DNA of 64,000 nucleotides from Raillietiella orientalis (Eukaryota): NCBI GenBank assembly GCA_036172245.1, contig JAYWIR010000032.1, positions 1,922,001 to 1,986,000 of the forward strand, read 5' to 3'. Shown piece by piece: positions 39,861 to 50,099 of this stretch (position 1 is its first letter; each line of letters starts with the position of its first letter). The notes under the pieces were generated by a model. It saw only the letters and a program-made list of their open reading frames with translations, ran no database searches and was not told where the DNA came from. The position numbers and the translations under genes were made by a program.

Positions 39861-39899
39861 TCTGGCCAACGCAGCAGCGCAGTTGGCTAGAGAAAAGGG

Positions 39900-42023
39900 T
39901 AGGGGAAAGGGAACATCTCTTCAGGATGCGCTTCCCGCTCCCATTCCCCATGTATGCGGTTTGTTTGGACACCTGAGCTTGGCGGACTTGGCATTAACCT
40001 CGTATCCGTCGAGACGTCCCCACGAGTTCCCCCGAGCACGTGGCTGGCCAAAGAAATCCGCATGCGGAGCCGCCAGGGACGCACCTTTCTCAAGGGCTCA
40101 GAGCACCCGGACTGCGCGCACCACGCCGCTGCTGGCTGGGCCGTGCTGGAGGGGCCACCCGTCGCTTCCCTCTATCCCCCGCAGATGGTATGCTGGAAGC
40201 GCCGACAGAGCTCAAAAAAACAATTCCCTGCGAAGTTGATGGCACGGCGGAGGTCCCGGACGGGGAGGGGGGGGGACTTGGCAGAAGAGGAGTGGCGCCA
40301 GGCCCCGAAATGAGGGGAGAGTGGGGGGGAAGACGCGGATTAGAAACGCTTCCTCGTGATAACACGAGCCGAAACTCGCTGGGAAGAAATTGAATCGGGA
40401 GATTCATCTGTCTGCAGCCTCCTTTGCAAGTTGCCTGGCCGCCCGCGTTCTCAGGCTCTGCCAAGTTCCCCGCTGAATGCAAATGGGAGGAACGAGGGCC
40501 GGGATATTGGCAGTCACACTCTGGCACGGGCATGAGGATTAAGATTGGATTAGGGTGATCGCAGATGATTCCAGAGCATGCCGCTCCTCGAAAACTGCCA
40601 TCCATAAAATACCTACGAAGCCGATACCATCGTCACGAATTCCCTGCTCCTCGAAGAGAACGCGAAGATTCTGGTTCGCCACTCGGCGGATGGGATGGGA
40701 GTCAGAGCTTCCCGTTTCCCGAGTCCCGTCTCGTTGAGGTTTTGAGGAAACGTGCTCGCTCGACTAAACGGGAGGGGGGCCATTTCGCGTCCAGAACCAC
40801 ATGCCGGGACCATGGCATGTTGCCACTGGTTACCTCGGAATGCCGAGGAAGAACCCTCGCTCCCACGAGAGAGGCACGGTTTCTCCGATGAGCACGGAGG
40901 ACTGCATCGAAGAACGCGCTCTCTGCTCGGGATCGTACTTTACTCGCCGTTGACCTCGTATCCATGTGCCCCTCGAGCACATGGCTGGGCAAAGAAATCC
41001 TCACGCAGAGCCTCCAGTGACGTGCTTCCCTTCTTCCTTCTGGAGCCTGCCTTTCTTGCGTGCGCAGAGCGCCCTTCACAACCCGTGATGGTTCCGGTCT
41101 CGCCAGAAAGACCCTCCCTCGACCCGACGTTGCCCACGAGGTCGCAAGCGCGCACGGCTACGCAGCGCGGAGCACGTGCCTGCCTCGCAACGCCTCTTCC
41201 GAGCGCTTTCGCGCCTCGTGGCTGGTCCTCGAGACAAGGGACTTGGCACCCTTGGCCGCCACCCGACACGGACGCTTCCGAGCTCCGCGGTGTGCGCACG
41301 GACACCTCTTTCCGTCCTCGGTCCGCCTGCAGCCGCTTCCTGCCTTCACCGCGTGGGCCAATCGTTGACGCGCCTGCTGAGGAAGACATGTTGTTGAGCG
41401 CACCGGCCCTGCCGAGCCCCCGACGCCCGAATCAGGTCCAGAATCGCCCCGCACTTGCAGCCTCCTCTGTGCCTCTCGTACAGCAGCCCTCCGTGCTCCT
41501 GGGTCCGGTGGGGCAAGCCCTTCCTCGCGGGAACAGCGCTCGGCGACCGGTTGTCGGGCAACGGGCCAGGGAAAACGCGGACGAACTGCGATGCGTGCAA
41601 GCGAGCTGGACGAAGAAAAGGCCGGGTTCGCCGCAGAAGCGGTGAACCGCCGCGGCACCGTTCTGGTCGCCATGACGACGGAGTCCGTTCTGGATTCCGC
41701 GTTCGAAATCTGGGAATCCACCCTTGCGTGTCTTCTTGTTCCGGCGGTGTCCATCACGCCCATGTGCCTGCCCCTGGCCGACGCGCCGTCGATCAAAGTC
41801 GCGTGTCGCATGACGACGGAAAGCGGACCTCGGACGGGTCCTGTGTCCTGCGCATGCATGGGTGTACCGTACATTTCGTTTCACCCCGTAACGTTCCTTT
41901 GACACTTTTGTGTATTCATCACTGGCATCGCGTGATGGCGTGGCTGAGGTGTTGCGTTTGCGTTGCCGATGGCACTTTGCCTCTTTCACGATTGCAAATG
42001 CAAACCAACAACACTGCATTGCA
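39900..42023 (+). mobile_element. L1/Tx1-clade LINE relic pieces, post-RT region to 3' end
   Basis: TPELGGLGI (GGLG motif), DWIRVIADD, IVTNSLLL. The last ~930 bp are duplicated at 735-1671. Confidence 0.55.
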
Positions 42024-42627
42024 AGTGTCCCCGTCATTCCATGAGTAATCGAGTCTTCCACCTTTGTTTTGTTTACTTAAGGTTCATTCTCGAAGGAGAA
42101 CTTACGGGGATGAGTAACTTTGCTTGACCTTTGTTTTCTTAGTTCTTTGAAACACGTATTTGCAATGATTTTTTGTTCAGATACTTGTTTCCGGTATGAA
42201 TTCTCGAAATCTTTCGCTTCAGATTATTTTTCTTAAACCTGTATGATGAACCGCACTGATGTTACAGTGTTCCTTTATTTTGAATAATTCATGCAAATTC
42301 TAAACACTGAAACGAGATGAAAAGCTTCATTAATAATCTAATGTTCACTTCTATTGGATTTGCTTTTCGACATATCAATTAAGAAAGGTGATTCATCCCT
42401 AACATCCATTAGAATTTTTGATTTCCTTTCTTTATCGTCTTACAGCTTTGTTTTTTATGAAATTCGAATTCCTTGTGGCATTAGTATTTCATGAGTACAA
42501 TTTTCTATAGTAATAAAAAAAGTAGGAAAGCTGTGTTCACTTAGAAAGCTGGCATAAATTCGTGGAAGAGTTTCATGTGTAACGATATTAGTGTTCCTTT
42601 TCTTTCTTTCTTTCTTTTTTTTTGCAG

Positions 42628-43388
42628 TTTTAAAATTGCATGCTTTTTACTTCTCATAATCAGTGCCGTTTCATGTCTTGTTAGCTTCCTTTACAAAATG
42701 ATAGAATGAATCGTGGTAAGATTATCGAAATTATTTTCTAGATGCTTTTAATGATATCACTGAACTGTGAACTATAATTTAATTCTTTTTTAACGATGAT
42801 TTTGCTGAGAGTAATCCCACCTAAATGTGAAGCATTCCCTGAATGCGGACCCGAAAAATAATTGAAAGCACAAAATGAATATGGCAACAGTGTGTACACA
42901 GATTGGTAATTGGGAATTAAAAAGATAACACTGAGACTTGAAATATAATTAAATATACTGAAAAATGGTAAGATTGAACATCTTGAAATTTCTTTGTTTC
43001 TAAGGAAATTGTTTTCAGTTTTTTGTCTTTAAGTGTTGAAGAGATAAATTTGTCTTTCGTTTGTTACGTATGTTATTTTTGTATACCCTCGAATCAAATC
43101 ATTGGATGCTTGTTATTTTGCTTCTTTTTTTTTTTGTTGAACTTGCAATTCATTTTGTAGACGGTAGTTGTGACTATTACTACAGGTTATTACTGAAGTT
43201 TTCTGTGCTATTTGGATATACGTAGGCAAAACGCTGAATTTCAATCCTTAAAGCGCTGTCTAACAGCAGGTTGATTAGAATCTAATGATGATTTAATGAA
43301 TGATACAGTGGAAATGAAATTGATTTGTCCTGAAAAGTGCGACGGACGCTTTTCACGATTGCTTAAAAATAAATTTCAACTTCATTAG
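42628..43388 (+). CDS. Putative small ShK-toxin-domain-like protein (tentative spliced model, may be a pseudogene)
   Basis: Exons 42891-42905, 43161-43185, 43226-43269 and 43309-43388 (the last two introns are GT-AG, 40 and 39 nt, like the CNTD1 introns) give CTQIDGSCDYYYRQNAEFQSLKRCLTAVEMKLICPEKCDGRF. Five Cys fall in ShKT spacing, and the sixth position is CGC, one change from TGC. A hydrophobic exon FKIACFLLLIISAVSCL lies at 42628-42679 after a strong polypyrimidine acceptor. The 5' exon linkage is unresolved. Confidence 0.4.
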
Positions 43389-43559
43389 CGTATCATTAAG
43401 TTTCAACGTTCTGTGCCCTGGAAAGAATATCTTTTTATTATTGGAGCAATTGCCATAATTTTAAATGAAAGCCCATTGTTGAGCGTATAAACTGTTTTTA
43501 TGGAATTATGGAATTCCCTTCAGCATCTCATCACGGATGATCAGTTATTTTTATTAATG

Positions 43560-46500
43560 GTGTGTCATTTGCAAATCTGTTCAAACACCTCATTACAGAG
43601 TTGCACTGTGTACTTGCTGATGAATTTTGGGATAATCTCAGCAGCTTCGATAAAAAGTTAAGCTGAAGTGGATGAGTGCTTCAAAATCCACTTTATCTTG
43701 GCAGCATTTGTTTCCGGAAGGGGAAAAAAAAACGTCACAGGAAACCGTTGTTCACGAGAATCAGGAGAGCAGTTCATCCCTTGCGGCAGATGAATTTTCT
43801 GTGCTCCTCGGAGCATCACCTACGCGCTCGCCTCTGCCGCTTTGCGGATGCGCGATCTCGGCAGAGGTCTGGACCACTGGACGCCATCACTCCCGCGAGG
43901 GAAAAAAAAATTCCCTTCTTGCTGCCAGCAAATCTGCGAGGCGTTTTGCTTGAGGAACTTTTACAGCTTCGCCTTCTAACCCACGTTCACACGTTACAGG
44001 ATGGGAAATCCCGATCTCCCTCGTACTGCAGCATCGCGGATCTGATGCCTCTCAAATGATGCAGAATGCCGTACCGGCCAGGAAATGAACACTCCTGACG
44101 ATGATGCTGATGAGAAGTGCAAGCAGCTGCGAGGCTTCATATGCACCCAATCTGTTCCATCTCCGAGCTTCGAATTCTACACCTAACGATGCGTTTTTTC
44201 CTTTTTTTCCCCCCCCCCCCATCACGGATGACGAAGTCGAGGAATTCGCTAATTTGCACAGTTAGGCGTACGAAGAGGTCCTCTTGCTTTGCCCCTTCGC
44301 CTCCGCTGTAACCAACTCGCTGCTGGAAGCTTTTCTCCCTCAATAGCTGATTACCGAAAATTAGCGTGATCTTCGATTCTCCCCCCCCCCCTTACCTCCC
44401 TCCTGGAAAGATGCCTTCTGGACGTCTTGGGCGGGCATCCGCACCATCCTCGTTTCCTGAAGTACGGAGCTCCTTGCTCTCGATTTACCTTATCGTCCTC
44501 ACTGCTCGCCTGTTCCCTGTGCCTGTCGGACAGGGACTTTTCACAGAGAGAAAAGTTTGACCGAGTGAATAAAGCACAGAAATGCAAATTTTGGACGTTT
44601 AAAGCAAAAGTCCTGGAATTTGGGAGAAAAGAAAAAGATGCAGCATGCCTTTTCAGACAAGAACCATCCTTTGGTCCCGAATTGTCCCTGAAGGCAAATC
44701 TGTTTTTCTACATGCTTGTGGAACGTGAGCAAGCATCCAGCTTACGATCCTCGATGATGCTGATTTCCCTCAGCATCGCCGTTATCGAGATGGTTGTTAT
44801 CGCAAATGTTTCCGTATTAATTACTGGAAACAACAACAACAAATCACCAACCTTTGGAACTTGGAGATTTCAATAGCGAGCATTAGGGGAACCCCCCCCC
44901 CCCCCCCCTTGTGGAATTTTTGGAGGGGATCCTCCGCCGAAAAATCTCTCTGGATGGAAAACGAATGGAGCGTGAAATCTTTGATGCCCTCTTAAAGCTT
45001 TCATTAGGAAATGCTAAAGAGTTTACAAAGAACCGTGGGCCATACTCGAAGAAGTGCAATAACCGATGCTTCTAGATTATTTAACAGGAAAGTTTGCTTC
45101 CCGAGGATGCGATCTCCGAAGCAAATGGCCGTTCCGAAGTTCGTTTAACGAAAATTTGTGCCCATCGCCAACTTGCGAGGAAACTTGCGATTTGTTTCAG
45201 GAAAGACAAGAAAATTATGGCAGGCGGAATTTCGTTTTATCAAATAAGTGGGAAACATTGACACACACAATAAAAATTAATGGGACGGAAAGTGGCTTCC
45301 GCAAAGCCAATGTACGTGCCTCCGACGATACAATGTATACGGTTTAATACATGGAAGGAGTTGGTGCGCTTCATGACTGTATTTTAGAAAAGAATTGATA
45401 AACGGTCCCTAATGGTGATTAATTCATGGCTCGGAAGGTCTCTGGTTCCTATCAGAGCTTGCCAAACCCATGTGCTCTCTACCTGGGAGCGAAGAAGCGA
45501 GCGTGAAGCACTGGTGAAGAGTGTCGAGGCAGTTCAAAACGTTGGTAGGAGAGCGGCAAAACCCACGTTGGGTAGGCAGTCCAAGAGGAGTCGAAATGTT
45601 CTCGAAAGTCTTGCATTTCTTTCTTTTCTTTCTTTCTTTCTTTCTTTCCCGGTGACATCCTGCGTGTTTGTTCGTGGTGGACACCCAGCGGTCCAAGACC
45701 ACACGTTATTTTCAGAAGGGCAATCTGCTCCTTTACAAAGGACTGTTTGAAACCACGAAAGGTGAAATACGACCCCGTGGAAAATTCAGATGGAAATCAC
45801 ACGCAAACACGGGAAACACACGGACGTTGAAGCATCGCGGATTTCTGTATAAAATGCTATCCGCGCCCGCACAATGGAAGGAGCAGCTGCAAAAAATCCT
45901 TCCTCCCTTGAAATGCACTCATTCATTTGCTACGGTTGAACTCTCCGTTCCAGAGGCATGGGATGGATGCAAAATGGAAGCGCTATTAATTTTAATCAAG
46001 GTTTTAGCATATTTCACTCATATGATTCTCCAAGGAGGGGCTGCTAAGAGAACCGAATTGAAACATGGAAGGAGAACCATCCTTGCCTCAAGTCCGCACA
46101 GTTCCAGAAGAATGACTGCCAACGGGAAACGCGGAAATTTTAATGGTTGGGATCAGATGTGCTGTGCTCCAAGTGGAGTGGATTATTTTCCTGGGATGTC
46201 TTGTCTCGCGTGCAGGCTGGAATCCAGATTTCTGCCACGGAGACGGTGCTGGAATTCGGAACGTGCGTGTGTGGGCTTTTCATGAAGAAGATGGAAGAAG
46301 GAGCGAAAATCACTGAGAAAAATCCACGAACCTCAGATGTTCGAGCGCGTTGCAGTATGAGTGAAAGGAGGAGATTTTTCTGATATTTTAGTTACTTTTC
46401 CCCTTCAAAAACCTGTGCCTTTCAATCATTTGGCACAACTTCTTGACCTCCAAATCTAAATCGAATTCTTTCTCCTGAGGATTTTTTTGCATCGTTCAAG

Positions 46501-46700
46501 GAGAACGATTTTTTCCTTGGATTCGAGGATGCGGATTAAAACCGAATACGGCTTAATGGTATTTGTTATTAAAAGGAAAGGCTTTAGGGTGAACAAGCAG
46601 CAATTTAAGATGTGGAGCGTACAGGGAAAAGAGTTGTTCAAAGGAACAGTTGAGAAGTAATTTGTAGAGTGACTTCAATCGGCATTCGCCAGTTTGACCT
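43560..46700 (-). mobile_element. Penelope-like retroelement, nearly full-length but decayed (RT plus GIY-YIG)
   Basis: HLNFPRGRISPF (HK..PGRPI), KLAMGT, RVWPTVLCKLFSI (RYxDD region), LTFHKHVEK, SVK..KSLSDRH..SSE, EHRK, and KIKWILKHSSTSA*LFIEAAEII at the endonuclease end. Confidence 0.6.
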
Positions 46701-46949
46701 TCTCTAGGCATTCTGGAATACGTGGGCATATATCATTACTATTCATAAATGGACCTTGTAGTCTAATTGCCAATGCCGTGATATTGTAATGGTAACTGAG
46801 ATCAGTCAGTGATCACCTGAGGTTTCTATGAAACTACGCACGTTGAGACAGGCGTCATCTAATTTCCCCTCTGCACTTTCAAATCTATTTGATGGGTTTT
46901 CGAATCGATCTATGAAACGATGAAGCAGTTTCTCATCGGACACCTATGA

Positions 46950-47230
46950 CCTCTCACACACGAGCAATGCGAATTTGCAACTCTATTTGCTATTGATAGG
47001 AAATAGTAAGTGAGGAAAAATATATTGGTCCGAATCTCTCTATCATTCAAGAGTAGAAAAACAAGGCTTTGAACTCGTTGCAGACGGAATAAGGTCTGGA
47101 ATCCTAATCCTTTTTTGATTAGGGTTTCAAAGTAGTGGAAGATGACTCTCGCGAGCACATCCACCGAACAGAAAATGAAGTTTCGTCGCCAAAGGATGAA
47201 GAGATTCCTCCTTCCGGAGCACGAACTCCC
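46950..47230 (+). mobile_element. GIY-YIG endonuclease relic (Penelope-like)
   Basis: LYLL..EEKYIG..FKVVE..HRTENE..IPPSGA (YIG motif and an RxxRE..PxGLN-like end) with internal stops. Confidence 0.5.
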
Positions 47231-48266
47231 CGTTGCTCTTGAGGAGAGAACACAATATGACGAAAGATAAACAGGAACAAGTTGCAGTTACCAATTTCCG
47301 AGAGGTCTTCTAGTTGAATTTTGTTTTTCTTTGGAACGCTGAGAACACAAATTCCCAAACCGGGTATTGCATGCGTTCCGTGGAATTTCCGAAGTTTCCG
47401 CAACCCATTTTTTTTTTTTTTTTTTCTGTCTACCAAACTAAATGAAATTGCCAAAAGGAAAGGAAGGGATGAAAGCCTCTATCAACCAATTAAATCATTA
47501 AAAGACTATTAGGAGGAAAAAACACCTCCGTATGCAAGGAATCTAAAAAGCCGAATCACCCATATTCAGTGAGAGTCTCATAAGAATTTTGGAGCACTAT
47601 TGTGCAATCAAGGCAGGTCTGCGTTTGATAATGTGGTCACCTCGGAAGCTGTGCCGATGCATCCACCCGAAACCCATAGCAACGCCGCTGGGCTCGGCAT
47701 CGCCTGTGATCCCATGCGCCACGCACGTTTTCCTTTGGGTTGTTTATGCGAGTGAAACTTCGTTTGTACTCGGTGAAATTTTAAACTCTCACAAGGTAAA
47801 TTTCCTTATGTTTTGCTTGACGACAAGAATTATGTGCCCCGTAAAATTACGTGTAAACAGTTTTGGGGATTGTGATAGAAGATTGTTGTAGAAAAAAAAA
47901 AAAAAAAAAAAGGATCACCATAGCTAATGATGAAGTCCCCAGCCGTATTTCAAAAGCCGCAAATAGCGGCCTTCTGTAATGGGATGAAGAAGGATACTAT
48001 ACAGTTTACCTTTATGACTGCTGTTCTGTTATTCAATTATCCTACTGTGTGACATGCATGGATTATATTGCCTTGACACGTAGGAAACTTAGTGAATTAT
48101 TGCTGTTGTTGCTGTGTTGTGTGCATATTGCATAAGCAACCATATTGAGCGTACAGCTGCATTCAGTGTAGTATGCCTCGTGTAGTATGAGTGCATGTTC
48201 GTTTTATAAGCAGGCGATTTAAAATGTTGGAATTAGTTAAGCATCTGTTACATGTGTCTCTTGCAG

Positions 48267-49323
48267 AATGCTGTAGCGGACTGGCACAATCAATGTGATG
48301 AAGGTTAGAGACTAAACTAAGAATAATTCATGTGACCAGTAGTTTCTTACAGCCTTACTGGACCACACTTTAGAATGCTTGCATCAATTCAATCAGCACA
48401 CTATATACAAAGGCATCTATTTGGGATACTACACAACCCCAGAAGTTGTTGAATTTGTGTTCCGTTTGGCAAAAGAACTTGTTCTTCACAATGACACAAA
48501 ATACAATGCCTTGGAAATTTTTGAAAGGTTTCCTGAATTTACCCACAATCTTTTATTTATGCATTTTGTCATGAAAAAGGTTTATGCGCATACATGTCCC
48601 AAGTATTTACAATACAGTTCAAGAACGCCAGTCCCATATATCATGGGAAAATGTACACCATACTTTGGTACGCCAGTCTGTACTCCGGCTTCTGTCATGC
48701 TTACAGATAGCCAGTAAAATCAATGAATGTGGAAAGGTAAACATTATTATGTTACGTAACACAATGGAGATTTCAGTCAGTGACAGTTCAACAAATCCAT
48801 AAACTGCTTCAGAATCTTGGATTTCGATTTGCTACTACTAGTATTATTCGTTCTGAAATAAGAGTTCTGAGTACACTGCAGTTTCGTGTTTGTATGCCTT
48901 CCCCATTGGCATATGTGGAAGTGTTGCTCATGAAATTGACAAATAAAAATGCTGACTGGATTGATAAATGTTGGCACATTATGCAACTTTGCTCCTTTCT
49001 AGTAGATGTGGCTTATCTTGAACACATTCACATGTTTGGCCGTTTTCTCCAGCTACAACTACGTTGGTCCCCAGATCATGCAATGTAAGGTAAGCATCTT
49101 TCATATTTACTTACCATTTTGTTGCATACCTAGATCAGAATGCTCTCATGCTCGTGCGAACAAAATGTTACTTGCATCTAGTGTGATTGCTGCAGCGACC
49201 TTCTTGCTCTACCCAAGATGCAGTGAACAAATGATCAGTTGGACCAGCCAGTTGAGTAGATGCAATCCAAATGATATATCAGATTTAGCTGCCTCTTTGG
49301 TGGAGATCTGTGATGGCATCTAA
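48267..49323 (+). CDS. CNTD1: Cyclin N-terminal domain-containing protein 1 (CNTD1/COSA-1 family), meiotic crossover-designation cyclin-like protein; spliced gene
   Basis: Exons 48267-48303, 48353-48527, 48580-48736, 48777-49084 and 49134-49323 are joined by GT-AG introns of 49, 52, 40 and 49 nt and give one open frame: NAVADWHNQCDEALLDHTLECLHQFNQH...TPEVVEFVFRLAKELVLHNDTKYNALEIFERFMRIH...VLRLLSCLQIASKINECGKSVTVQQIHKLLQNLGFRFATTSIIRSEIRVLSTLQFRVCMPSPLAYVEVLL...VDVAYLEH...KMLLASSVIAAATF...EICDGI*. This is colinear with CNTD1 motifs as I recall them (IVEFVF, AVEILERFM, LRLVSCVQLASK, ESELDVLKSLNFRINLPTPLAYVE, MLLAVGIIAA). The start codon is uncertain: ATG 48224 via a 31-nt intron, or an upstream exon ending at the 47796 donor. 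Confidence 0.9.
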
Positions 49324-49684
49324 TGAGATTCATTGTTTAGTTTTCATGATCAGTTGTCTTTAGGATGGTTAATGAGAATGTAAGAAGTTTGTATTTTGCC
49401 ATGACAGACCGCCTCATGTTTCCTTTTGTATTGAAATTTCTGTTACTTTTTGTGTTAGCTACCAGGATAACCACAAATATCTGAACTCTGTGAGTGCAGA
49501 AGTTTTTTTTCTGTTTACAAGCCTCTGTCATGTGATGCAATAGGCTGCCTTCAGAACTTCTTGTATGAATAGCAGACACCATCAACCATACAGGTGGCCT
49601 GCTTAACATCCAAAACGCCCCTGCCGTGGCGTATTTTGTTTCTTTACACATTTATTTTATTGTTTTGCGTGAAACTGCCATAAC

Positions 49685-49690
49685 AATAAA
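49685..49690 (+). promoter_or_regulatory. Candidate polyadenylation signal (AATAAA) for the CNTD1-like gene
   Basis: AATAAA about 360 nt after the stop codon at 49323, within an AT-rich 3' region. Confidence 0.35.
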
Positions 49691-50099
49691 GTGCTGCCAC
49701 AAATCTTGAAATACACACAATAGAAAGACCATGCACCTTTTTTCCTAACAGTAAGTAATTGGAACCTTATGTTCTCAAAATTAGATGCACATTTCCAATG
49801 TTTCTCCAATAAAATTAGGTCGAGGTATTTCTGCAAACCGAATGCCTTAATAACTTACTTTGTGGCGTTGTGGTGTAGCATTGCCGTTTTTACGAAACAC
49901 TAAGATTGTGCACTGTTGCACTTGCTCACGCATTTTTGCATGGAATCTTTGCATCTCCGTTTCTTAAGGAGTTTTTCACCCCCTTCAATGAAACCAAAAA
50001 ATTCCTGCCCATTTGTTTGGCTTCTTATGGTAATCACCACGAACGGAACCTGGAATTCAGCCACACGTTGTTTCACTGCAGAAAACATCGTGTCGAGTG

